From the NCBI GenBank assembly GCA_002633005.1, contig NMRA01000047.1:1173137-1237136 (forward strand): a stretch of 64,000 bases of DNA, given 5' to 3'. The position numbers were made by a program, and so were the translations under genes. Every line of letters starts with the position of its first letter. The stretch's first letter is position 1. Source of the DNA: Phoronis australis (Eukaryota > Animalia > Phoronida). This document shows positions 13,192 through 25,800 of the stretch, piece after piece. The notes beneath the pieces are model-generated. The model was not told the DNA's origin, made no database searches, and saw nothing but the letters and a program-made list of their open reading frames with translations.

Positions 13192-13674
13192 AAGTGGTTT
13201 GACCTGGCACCCACGTGTTCTTTTCCTTTCATATCCATTTTTAAGTGTCACATTTCTGATTATACCCAAACATTGATTGTCATTGTCATTGCATTGGCAA
13301 TGGCATTGCGATGATTGCGTTGCCATTTCAGGGCATTTGATTTGGCTTTGCTTGGGCATTGCCACTGCCATTGGCATTGACCATTGCCTGTGCAAACGCA
13401 ACTTGTTGTGAACATTCTCGTAATTGTTGGCAATAACAGTGATCGAGTTCTGTCAGACTGTGCACTGTCTTAGGGCATTGGTCGGATATAGTGGTGTGTT
13501 CTTATTTAGAGAACCAATTTCATCCTCTGAATTTGTCGGTGTACTAGCCTAGGCTATGACTAATGTTTTCTCGTTTGACTAACCAACTATAAATAAAATA
13601 ACTTGACTTGACTTGAATTACGAGTAAATTATCCAGTGATTGGTTCCCTAAACCAGAGCCAGGGGCACGTTACG

Positions 13675-14470
13675 CCAGACAGTGCTACCATCTCGACTAA
13701 CCCGAGACGGTGATGTTCCGATGTAGGCGTATGAAGCGCCTACTGTGCACTTCATACGCCGGAAGCTTTTCGGTGAATTGTGCCTCAAACTGATTAAAAC
13801 ATCAAGGTCACGTTGCTATAATAAGTACCTTTTGTGCATAGAGGGACACCTCGATGTCTTTACTTTAATTGTTTCCAACTTGAACAAATACTCCCGTAAT
13901 GGAACGTTTTTTTCAAGCAGTCATTCGTTCAGTTGCCCAAATTGGCAATTGGCCATTTTAACATTGCACGTACCAGGAGCGCAGGCAGTGTAAAAATAGA
14001 ATGCTCAGTGTAAAAATGGCCAGTTGCTGATTTGGGCAACTAAATGGAGGAGAGCTCGAAAAAAACTTGACTACGGTAGTACTTGATGGTGTTGGTAGGG
14101 ATTAAAGACATCAACGGCCTCCTAAGGTGTCCCTTTATGTACAAAAGATACTAATAGAAGCGTGTATAGTGAGCATCTGCCTTGCCGCAAGCATTCTAAA
14201 AATGGACACCTGCCGAATTGGCCAACTGAACGCGGACTACTCAAAAAAAACACGATTACGGTAGTATTTGTTCGAGTTGGAAGGAATTCAAGACATCAAT
14301 GGCCTCCTGAGGTGTTGCTCTATACACAAAAGGTACTTACATGTATAGCAACGTGACTTTGATGGTTGAATCAGCGTGAGGCATAATTTGCCAAAAAGCT
14401 TCCGGCATATGAAGGCTTGTGGGATGACAACTGTCTCTACTGCTAGTTGAGATGGTGGCACTGTCTAGGG
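13675..14470. mobile_element. Foldback/long-TIR non-autonomous element (family A) in ANAPC10 intron 1
   Basis: The arm TTCATACGCCGGAAGCTTTT...AGAGGGACACC...TTCCAACTTGAACAAATACT...GGCCATTTT (~13750-13960) is followed by inverted copies at ~14010-14165 and ~14200-14415. Confidence 0.7.
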
Positions 14471-15274
14471 TTGTGGCCATGCCATTATCAGTTTGACAGC
14501 GATAGCAAGGGGAGACTATTGGCAAATCAATGTTTATGCAGTCCAGCCCTGTTGCCTGCGTTTATCTGATAAGATCAAGTAATCCCACGTAAATAGCAGG
14601 CTGGCGCTAAGCGATTTTTAGAAATGCAATTTGCAAACAACTTTCAATAAATGTTGTTAAGACGATATGCTATTACCAAAACCAAAAACCTTTGACGGAG
14701 AAAAAGGGTTGACTTTCAGAGGGCTTAACTTTCACAAACTGATTAATTTGTGTGGCTGTAAGCTCTGGTTCATCATTGTGGACCAACACAAAATGGGCTA
14801 GTTTGGCAAGTTTGATCAAGTGTGATTCTAGAGCAGACCCTGATATTGGAAATTTCTTGGTTTTTTACAGTCCAGGGGACTATACGTAATGGCTTTACCA
14901 GACCAGTGCCCTCTCTGAGTATTGGTATGTGTATTCACTATTCACTGATGGGTATTTGCTATTATTCGTCACTATTAGTAATGTCCCTAATCTGTGCTGT
15001 CTCCTCTTGGCGTGGCTGACAGATGGGTAACCTCCCCATAATCTTTTGTTCATAACTGTTTGAACTTTTTTACATCTACTAATAGAGTTAATCAATTTTA
15101 TTGATGGAATAAAGGACTATTTAAAAAAAAGTTGGTTACGGGAGTTTAGGTTCGAGTTGGAAGGATTTAGATAATCCAACTGCTTCCAAAACGATCCATC
15201 TACAATTATAGTTTAGCTAGGGTTAAGAGAAATTTGCAGAAAATCTTCCAACAAACAGGCTGGATGAAGATGTG

Positions 15275-15665
15275 CTGTCACCTTTGATAATGTAAGAGAG
15301 TCTATCATTATGTCTAGACACACTCATCCTCAGCCATAGACATAGAGACACTATGTGTCTATGGTCTTAACACTGTCACCTTTGATAATGTAAGAGAGTC
15401 TATCATTATGTCTAGACAGACTCATCCTCAGCCATAGACATGGAGACACTATGTGCCTATGGTCTTAACACTGTCACCTTTGATAATGTAAGAGAGTCTG
15501 TCATTATGTCTAGACAGACTCATCCTCAGCCATAGACATGGAGGCACTATGTGTCTATGGTGTTAACACTGTCACCTTTGATAATGTAAGAGAGTCTATC
15601 ATCATGTCTAGACAGACTCATCCTCAGCCATAGACATGGAGACACTATGTGCCTATGGTGTTAAC
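15275..15665. repeat. Tandem repeat, 4 x 98 bp
   Basis: CTGTCACCTTTGATAATG starts at 15275, 15373, 15471 and 15569. Each unit contains a CCATAGACA...TG(T/C)CTATGG hairpin. Confidence 0.95.
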
Positions 15666-15844
15666 TTGCAAAATAATTGAGTGTATCTAAGATGGTCTCA
15701 GGTGGTGGCACAAACCAATTTTGGATGCCATATTTTTGAAATCCTGGACGAACGCTTGACATTTCTCCATAGTACCCCAGAAATCTTGCCCTAATCTGGA
15801 TCTGTGACTTAATTGTTCCTTTCAGTTTTTGCTCGTTTCCATAG

Positions 15845-18572
15845 ATGGCGTTCAAGTTTAGTGGTGCCCAAGATTACAACCCTCATAAAGGGGAGAGAGA
15901 AGGGAAGCTCAGAGAGGTGGGGCACCAAGCAGTCTGGTCACTCTCATCATGTAAATTAGGTAAGTTGCTCAGTGAATTTCTTTAAAACTTGCAAGATTTG
16001 TAAATCTTTCTTTTTTCAATTTTACAATTAAAGACATAGAAAATTTGACAATTCTTCACCTATTTAGCACACGAAATGGCTCACAAGTTAAATTTTTTAA
16101 TACATGGCAACAAGTACTGGGACAAAATTGAGTGAAATGACGCGAAAACAGAATTCTGGGCCATTTTGTCTGTTCTGTTTGTTGGGTTGACAATGAGTGC
16201 ATTTCCCCAGTGCAAGTTCTTCTGTGCAACTTTCCTTCACAGGACAAATTACTTGTGTCATGTGAGAAATGATTCAAAGGAAGTTGCTTTTGGGTTGTGT
16301 TGTAGGCGAACCTCTCCATTTACACTATGCTGAGTGAGCACACTGTTGTGACTTTCTCTTGACACACTTCAGTATACTGGTGCAAGTTGCACTACCTCAG
16401 AGCTCGGCGCTTATCATACTGTCAACTCGCCTAATGCAACCTGGCAAAATTCCCAGGTCACCAAGTCTCCATGGATGATGAATAGTTGGCAATAGTCGTA
16501 AATAAGAAAATCAGGATAAAACTGGTCAGACAGAGCAAATATCTATAGGAACACCCAAAAATGCCCTTGCAGTGGTTCATGAACTTTTTAGTCACACGGG
16601 AAATTTTTCAAAGCAGGCGATCAGAAGAACACGTTGTCTGTGCATGCACCATGAATGGGTCCTTATGGTTTTGCTTAATAATACCGCCTCCCATCTGTTT
16701 ACTACCTGTAGTATTTTGGGCATGTGCTGTGATGTGTGCACAATTGTGGGAACTTTATGGCGACTTGAGATTTTTACCAGGTCACCAAACAAAATCTGAG
16801 GTCACATTGGCAAGCTGTAGGTAACCAAGTTGAGCCCTGTCTTAGAAGTGGGATAGATTGTCTCTGTTGCAGTGGTATCAAATTGCGGCAGTTTATTTTT
16901 GTTAGAATGATGATTTGTGTTCAGTCATTTTACTCACTGTCAAGCCACAAACTAAGGGTACTTCCCTTTGTATGTATAGGTTTTGAAGCAGCAGAGTAAA
17001 CACATTCTATTTTAAACACCATCAGGTTTTGGAGTTGAGCAGTTAAGAGATGAATCACTTGACACATATTGGCAGTCTGATGGTCCTCAGCCTCACCTAG
17101 TCAACATACAGTTTCGTAAGAAGACAACAGTCAACAGCTTAGCCATCTACACAGATTACAAGGCAGATGAGAGTTATACACCTAACAAGTGAGTATTTCT
17201 TTAGTGTATATTCAGCCAGAGTTTTATTTGACTATTTTATGACGTGAAGGGACTTAGAATGTTACTTCCTTGAATTGGTTATTTGGGTAAATACCCTCCC
17301 CTGATTTTTGAATTGTTTTTAGCTGATGCTCAGTTTAATGCACAACCTCTGAGTTTCTCAATTCAAGTTTCCTGGGCGCTAACACCAATAAACACGATAT
17401 TGATAATTGTTTAAAGGGGTGCTAACTCTATTATTAACTATGTGTAGATCACTTATGTCTTTTAAATAAACTAATATCCCACTACCGTCGTCAACCCTTA
17501 AGTTTTGGAAAATATTTGAAATTAAACTCTACTAAATTATAGTAAGCAGGGATAATTCTTTGAACTAGTTATTTTGAAAAAATGACAGGATCCCCTCTGT
17601 GGCGCAGTGAGGAAGAGGTTCAACTGAAGGGTTTACTTCTCTGGGAAGTACTAATTGTAGAGCGGCAGGTGACGACCAGTTTTGGTTTGAATCATTTAAA
17701 CCTGGTTTGGTAATCATGTGATCTCACCAGGATTAAAGTTAAGTTTGGCGATATCGACAAGGTAGTGTTGCGTAATGTTCAGCTAAGACCACTGTGTTCT
17801 GTTTTATTGGTATTTGCTGCTAGTAATTAGGTCATTGTAGGTAATAATAGTGGGTGCTACAGTGGAAATGTGACAGTGGTGACTTAAGGTTTTACATGTT
17901 GAGAGTTCATAGTCACATTTTTATAAGTTGAGAAATTAAAACCACATTTTACGTGTCGAGACACACAGTCAAACTTCACATTTCGAGACATCAGTCAAAC
18001 TTCACGTCGAGACGTCAGTCACACTTAACGTGCGTGTCGAGACGTCACAATCACATTTTACATGCCGAGATGCCATAGTCACATTTCACATGTCGAGATG
18101 TCAGTCACATTTTACATACTTTTTAAGCACTGTAGTCCCAATTGATATGATGGTGAATCAAAAATTGAGAATGCCAGGGGATGAAAATTTGAGCATAGGA
18201 GTCAAATTTGAGTATGGGACTCAAAAAGCCTTGTGATAATGCTGTAATCTATTTAATTTATGTCATTTAACTTTATTATTGGATTTCCCTAGGTTTTCCA
18301 TTCGTGCAGGTAGCCATTTCAATGATCTATCGGAGATAGAACAGGTTGAGGTGAATGAGACTACGGGCTGGCTATATATACCTCTGAAAGACATGACAGA
18401 CAAACCCATACGCACGTACATGATTCAGATTGCTGTTATCGCCAACCACCAGAATGGGCGGGATACACACCTACGACAGATCAAGGTTCACGCACCCGTG
18501 CAGGACATATCACGTGCTAAACTTCCCAATTTTACCAGCGTTGAGTGTTCCCAATACAGCTGTATCAGGTGA
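15845..18572 (+). CDS. ANAPC10: Anaphase-promoting complex subunit 10 (APC10/DOC1), 3 coding exons
   Basis: Exons 15845-15959, 17026-17188 and 18293-18572 (GT-AG, phases 1 and 2). The product contains [66 protein letters not shown] and ends in the diagnostic C-terminal IR tail. Confidence 0.97.
17945..18115. repeat. Degenerate ~25-30-bp minisatellite in an ANAPC10 intron
   Basis: Repeated GTCGAGAC...AGTCACATTT-like units. Confidence 0.7.
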
Positions 18573-19385
18573 TGAAGATAGTGACATTGAAAATGTGAAG
18601 GAGTGTTGTCATTTTCAGACTATCAGGCCTGTTGAGACACCCTCGTCATCAAGAGGTTTACACTGAACTGAATCACCTAAATAGAAGATAGGTGGTTAGG
18701 CCAAGCTAAAAGCCACAACTTGAGATTGTTTATCTTTGTCACCGTTGACTACTTGTGACAGACTGTGATTATGAAGACTGGAATGAGTGTTGAGAATTCT
18801 TGTTCCCGCTTCAGACTGTTGACAAAGCTGTTGTTGGTTACATTTACCATGTAACAGTGCAATACATGCATTGTCGCCTTGTTTTTGTTATTCAGTTTAG
18901 GACCCAGGATGGCAGACAAGTGAAATCTTATTTTTGCATTGATGTTTTGAGAAAATTGGTGAAATTTTTATGATCATATAAATGCCTTTGATGCGAGATG
19001 TCCACACACAGTCCATTTCATGGGTGACGAGACGACGTCTAACAGTCGGAGGATGGCAATGGGCTGCCAGCCACCCAACAAAGGGCTATCGGTTGCCCAG
19101 CTAAGGGGATCATAGTTATGTCGTCTTCTCCCATCTCCCTTCCATCCTGTGAATACTCGGTAGTTGACGAAATTATTGTGAACTGCACTGTACTGTATTT
19201 TTGTCATGGGTGCCGACAAATGCAAAGCAAAATTTTTATCTAAACTTACCCGAAAACCATAAGTCATCATTGTCTGAAATGTAACTATGTAAATAATTTT
19301 CCAAAAGGCGTACCCCCCGTTGAATTTGATTTTTCACTTTATATCAGTCTGCTATCGTTTGGCTCATGTGACCATATCAAATAGT

Positions 19386-20927
19386 ACAAGAGCAACGCAG
19401 AGCGTTGAAATGCGCCCACAATTGCACCGCATACGGTATCCTTCTAGGGTTGTTTATTGGTACCACAAAGTGGCCAGTAGAGAGCATATATGTAGTATGT
19501 TGTACTTAGCAAAATGGAAAGGCATGGTCATTGTCTCCTCAATAGGCTAGGGGCAAAATGTGAGTAATCTTCATAATACAAGCACATCCTATACACCAGT
19601 TGCTTAAAGCACCACAGAAACATAGAATAAAAACAAATTTACCAACATACGAGATTAGCATAGCATTAGAATGCCAGAAACAAATTTCTACTTGGAACTT
19701 TTCCTTCATAGTCACGAAGTAACACAAAGTATACACCTGAAGACCTATGAAAATACAGAGGTCAATGTAAAATACTATAAATTGCCACTAGAGGCAAATA
19801 CTAAAATTGCCACTAGAGGCATACCGGTAGTCAGAATCATCCTAAAGTCGTCATCGTCCGTTGTCAACATCACATCAATACACTTGCTAAATTTAGTAAA
19901 GATCCTGCAAACGGTTTGGGAGATACAACCATGGGCGCAAAAAAAACAAAACTGCCACTAGGAGGTGCCACAGTAGTCCAAATCGTCTGAAAATCATTGT
20001 CAGCTGTCTTCCTTATAGTAAGCACATACACGGCAATTTTCACAATCATCCTTTGAGCGGTTTGATTGATAGAGGGGTGGACGCAAAAATACAGACTCGA
20101 AAACAGTAAAAATGGCCACTAGGTGGCGCAAACTATGTCGAATCTATCTGAAAACGGGAGGATAGCGTCATCTCACTATTAGGTGCCTACATACCAAATT
20201 TCATGAAAATCCGTTCAGGACTTTTGAAGATACAAAGGTAAGCGTAAAAAACTAAAATTGCCACTAGGGGGCACACCAGTAGTAGGATCCGTCCAAAAGT
20301 CGTCATCTTCCGTTGTTAACATCATATAAATATACTTACACAATTTCGTAAAGATCCTGCGAAAGGTTTAGGAGATATAGCCATAGGCGCAAAAAAAAAA
20401 AAAACAGCCACTAGGAGGCGCCACAGTAGTCGAAATCGTCGGAAAATCATCGTCAACCGTCCTCTACATAGTAAGCATATACATGCCAATTTTCACAATC
20501 ATCCTTTGAGCGGTTTGGTTGATAGAGGGGTGGACGCAAAAATACAGACTCGAAAACAGTAAAAATGGCCACTAGGTGGCGCAAACTATGTCGAATCCAT
20601 CTGAAAACGGGAGGATAGCGTCATCTCACTAATAGGTGCCTACATACCAAATTTCATGAAAATCCGTTCAGGACTTTTGAAGATACAAAGGTAAGCGTAA
20701 AAAACTAAAATTGCCACTAGGGGGCACACCGGTAGTCGGATCCGTCCGAAAGTTGGCACATGCCGTCCCATTCATGAATGGAACATATGTGCCAAATTTC
20801 ATGAACGTATGTCAAAGGGTTTTGGAGATAGAGCAGCGGACGCCGGACGCCGGACGCCGGACGCCGGACGGACGGACGGAGATGACGGCATAATGCGTCC
20901 ACATATAAATATGTGGGCGCATAAAAA
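19386..20927 (-). mobile_element. Helentron-derived HINE (DINE-1/pearl-like) element with internal tandem ~150-bp core repeats
   Basis: On the minus strand it starts TTTTTATGCGCCCACATATTTATATGTGGACGCAT (subTIR plus palindrome), then a (GTCC)n-type microsatellite and tandem core repeats. It ends with the subTIR TGTGGGCGCAT, the hairpin CAACGCTCTGCGTTG and CTCTTGT, which is the standard HINE architecture. Confidence 0.8.
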
Positions 20928-21821
20928 TTCATGACAGGAAAGGTACATTTGTAGCAAAACAATGTATCAATAACCTGACAAAATCTTATGAACTGTTACA
21001 CTGTTGTTATAGTTTTCTAAATCGTCTTTTAGTTTTATGCACCTTTTTATTTGTTTTTCATAAAAATCATTGAAGTCCTATCTTTAACAACCCTGTATGC
21101 AAAAGTGAATCATTTTAAAGATTTCAGTTTGTGTGGTGCAGAACATTGGATTGTTTTTTGAGTTAAACATTCAAATAATAAAGATGATCAATTTTTCAAG
21201 TGAATTATACAACATGTAATTACAAATATCAAATTTTGTAAAATAACTGAATTAACTGCAAAATATCAAGTGCAGTTTCACAAAAAATAACATACAGCAG
21301 TTTTTCTGCATTCTTTATTACTCAATAACAACAAAAAACAAAAACTGATCTGCGCAGCCTATATCATGAAAAGTGACTCGAAAGACTGAAGTTTGTTTTT
21401 AAGCTCCCACTTCCTACAAATAAAGGTTTGGCAAATGGTCAAGTAAATGAGAAGAGAATGTGCTGTACCCTAAAAATAGTTCATAGAAATTATCTCGCTA
21501 ATTTATGTGTATGTTCTCAGTTTGTACTTGGCTGAAAATGATAATTATTCTGCAGAAATAGTTCTGTGGAGTGAAGACAAAATTTTTAACTTCAGTCGTT
21601 AGTCTCATATCATGTAACAGGTCCCTGAGAAGACATCATCAATGGTAATGTTTTCTACTCTAACCACGCACCCGTTAATGTTTTAGTAGTCTTTGCGCTC
21701 AGAGATTAAACACTGAGCCTCGGAGAATTTTTCCTAAAGGCACAGCATTAAAAGGAATGGGACAAAAACATTCATCTAGCGGTAAATTTGCCACGACAGT
21801 TATTATGTAACCTGAGTAGCC

Positions 21822-22029
21822 CTGGGGTTTGTTCCAGGAGACTGACCAAGTTCATTTTTGACTTAAGTTTAAGATTTGTCTCCACACCCGGCAAGAAAGT
21901 TAAAAACTTAGGTCCAACTTAATATCTCTTTCTCGAAATGGAGTAGAGACAAATTTAAGTTTTATGTTTAAAATGAATGAAATTTAAGATTTGTCTTAGC
22001 TAAGTCAGTTTTCTTGGAACAGACTCCTG
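21822..22029. mobile_element. MITE with imperfect ~25-bp TIRs
   Basis: CTGGGGTTTGTTCCAGGAGACTGAC ... GTCAGTTTTCTTGGAACAGACTCCTG. Confidence 0.5.
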
Positions 22030-22844
22030 TTATACTCAAAGAAATGAAAATATTCTCATTTAATATCAAATACATATAGCAAATTCACCAAATTGTAAGT
22101 GGTTTATACTCAATAAGAAAATATTTTAGTTTCACAACTTGTGCGTTTGCACTATCATATGAAATTATCAGCAACCTTGTTTCAGTTATAACAAATTGGA
22201 GATGGCACTAAGTGGCATGTCAGCATGGAAGAGGGNGGGGGGGGGGGGGGGTCAACTCCTGGAGGTCTAATCTTGCAACCACAAGTACATAAATTTGCAC
22301 TATCAGAGAATGTCAGGTACCACTTCCAATAATTCTTTGGCCGCTTGTGACACATTTGAGTTTTCAGTTGTGGAGAGCACTGTAAAAATGTCACCACGAA
22401 GGACACGTATTCATCAATTTGTACAAAATGCATGTTCTAAGTGACGAACACAAGTGATACTTGACCAAGAGTAACCAATTGACACTACATCTACTATAAG
22501 CAACAGCAGATTTTTTTAGCAATTCTAATGGGAAATGAAGGTACTGTACAAGCCAAAAGCATTTGAAATGACCCGGAATTTCCAATCACGAGCGGAAGCC
22601 GAATTCATCATCACAATAGTCTTCCCTCGTGACCGTGAATGATGTGGAATTAACAGTAGAGTTGGCAAAGTGGCCAAGCCATGTTGTAATCAGAATGTTG
22701 CTGCCCTATTAGTCGTTACCCAAAATTTTTGACGCTAACACAATAAGGAGTGATGACGGGTAAAATTATGGTATTTTGCCCGACTACTTTGTCTTGCGCT
22801 GCACCTTGCCCACAGATTGAAGTGCACCATACAAGTTTTCTGGT

Positions 22845-25800
22845 CTACACTGTAAACCTACACAATGTTGACCTTCCCCTTCCCCCGCTACGTTGCGGTG
22901 TTGTCAAATCTGATCCACTGTTAAAACCCTGGTCATCCGACTCATCACTTGACTGCATTATGATATTTGAAGAACTAGGTGACGGTGCGGGTATCAAATC
23001 CAGGCTGCTGTCCAACGCACAAACCTCAGTGAGATCTGGAACAAGAGCTTCTGTCATCGTCTCGTTTTTTCCCAGGCTCATCTTGAGTGTGTTTAGTAGT
23101 AACTGCCTAGGGCTCAGACGGTTCCGCTGCAGTCCTGGGGACCGTTCGTTGGCACTCGCAGCTCTGAGGCCACCATTACTAGATAGAACACCTTGCATAC
23201 GGTGTACATTAGGCGGCGAGGTCATGCCTGCCAGAGAATTTTGATCCAAATGGTGAACAGTGGGAATGCTCCTGCCCAGTGTCATTTGTGGAACCACAAA
23301 TTCAGGTGAGGCACCAATGAACGACTTTTTGACTGGTTCAGAACCTCTCTTCTTCCTGGGATTGCAATTCTGTACTTTACCAGCAGGCTTCAACACAAAG
23401 TCACTGTTCATCTCCTGCAGAGGGGTAACGGTCATCACAGATGGCACCTCCGCATGATTACCTTTGTACACACTTTGCTGGGGTTCCAAAAAATCATCCC
23501 CATCGAGTTCCCTGTCGTTCTCAAAAACGGACAGGTTGATTCTACATAGTCTATTTGGACTACTAGAGTTATCTTCCCCTGCTGCTAGTTCTGTAATACT
23601 GCAATCTGGCTCTGCATCCACAGTGCCGGTTCCCAAAGTCACATTCCGTTTGCTGAACTTGTTTGTCAGTAATTCATGATTGTCATAAGACTTGTACAGA
23701 ACAGCCGACTCTCCGCCCTCTGTGGGTATGTCGCTTGACACGTGCAACGAGGACAGCTTAGCATTAGGTTGCGTCTTGGGAGAGGAAGATGGTGGTGCCA
23801 GCACTTGCTGCCCAGCACAACCGAAACTCGAGAACATCTGCAAAGACTTAACGTCAGAGCAGCTCGCAGACTTAGCCATACCTGCAACAAGCAGAGATTA
23901 AATTTTTAAATGATTTAACGAGCCTTCAATATAAGCCAACCCTTATAAGGAAGCTTTGTCAAGTTTATATGCTTAATTTAAATGACTAGACAGAAATCTA
24001 TCCAGAACAACACTTTCGACATTTACACACCGAACCTCTGAGGTGCTATTGTACTTGTCTATATGACCAGCATGGACATTGTGAACTGAACAGAAACTAA
24101 ATAGATTCATCACTAGATTCCAGTTTGTCAAGTACACGTGAAGACGAAAACAGCTCTATTCAATAATAGAAAGCAGTGACCCAATCATATACAACAACAG
24201 AAAAGGAACCCGCAGTTTTTCAACACAGCCATCTGACAAATACCTTTTTTGATATCCGAGTAGTTTTCACTAGGAAGTTGTTTCCCTCGATGCCAGATGC
24301 TGTCGTGAGAGAAGATGACGTGCGGGTCGATGACTCCAACGCAGTTCTCGCGGAAACCATGAGGGCCTACTTCCTCCCGGCGTGATGAGTTACGTCCTCG
24401 TACGGATACGAAGTCTATGTGCCTCCTGGCCTCGTAAGACAGGTCTTTGAAGGAGACTGGGAGAAGGTGGGCTTGCTGGAATGTAATACATTAACCCTTT
24501 AATGTGATGTAGGACTCTAGGGAAAGACTCAAATTTGGCTAAACTCAAAGCATCACATCTGAGAAATGGCCGATTGCAGTAATACGAAAGTTTCATATCA
24601 TGTTTTGAGCTATGTTCTCCTAAACGACCCATTTTTGACGATTTTCACAAAAAAATCAACAAGAGCAACGCAGAGCGTTGAAAAGTGTAAGAACATACAT
24701 GCCAAATTTCACAATCATCCTTAGAGCGATTTGGTTGATAGAGGGGTGGACACCAAAAAACAGACTCGAAAACAGCAAAAATGGCCACTAGGTGGTGGAA
24801 ACTACGTCCAATCCATCCAAAAATGGGAGGAGAGCATCACCTCACTAATAGATGCATATATGCCCAATGTTATGAAAATATGTTGAGGACCTTTGAAGAT
24901 ATAGAGGTAAGCGTAAAAAATAAAATTGCCACTAAGGGGCACACCTGTAGTCGTATCCGTCCAAAGTCCAAAAGTTTGCTCATGCCGTACAATCCATGAA
25001 AGGAACTAAGTGCAAAATTTCATGAACATATGTCAAAGGGTTTTGGAGATAGAGCAGCAGACGCCGGACAGACCGATGCCGGACGGACGGAGATGATGGC
25101 ATAATGCGTCCAAATATAAATATGTGGGCGCATAAAAATTGCACAAAACAAAAACGAAATGTACTATACCAAATGAAATTTCGTCATGTTTTTGATACGG
25201 TTGTTTTGTTATCATGAATGTTCTGTTCTTTTTTGCTTAATATTACCAGATTGGTGTTACAAGTCAAAATCAAATTCTACAGGCTTTCTGTTTGACTTCT
25301 TTCAGATTATATACTTTAACAGAAGTAAAATCTAAAGTTTTGTGAATATATGGTTAAATACACGGAATAGTCAAGTCGCACATAACATTTAGATAGAGCA
25401 AACATACAGTGGCACTGAGTCCTACATAACCTTTAGATAGACAGAGCAAACATACAGTGGCACTGAGTCCTACATAACATTCAGATAGATAGAGCAAACA
25501 TACAGTGGCACTGAGTCCTACATAACATTCAGATAGACAGAGCAAACATACAGTGGCACTGAGTCCTACATAACCTTCAGATAGATAGAGCAAGCATACA
25601 GTGGCACTGAGTCCTACATAACCTTCAGACAGACAGCAAGCATACAGTGGCACTGAGTCCTACATAACCTTTAGATAGACAGCAAGCATACAGTGGCACT
25701 GAGTCCTACGTAACATTCTGATAGACAGAGCAAGCATACAGTGGCACTGAGTTACAATGAGCCTGGTTGTTAATGTCTCAAACCAACTTAACTGCACAGA

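Noticed and set aside
22750-23901. Plus-strand ORFs of 65-164 aa
   Set aside because: Antisense shadows of the EXD1 last exon.
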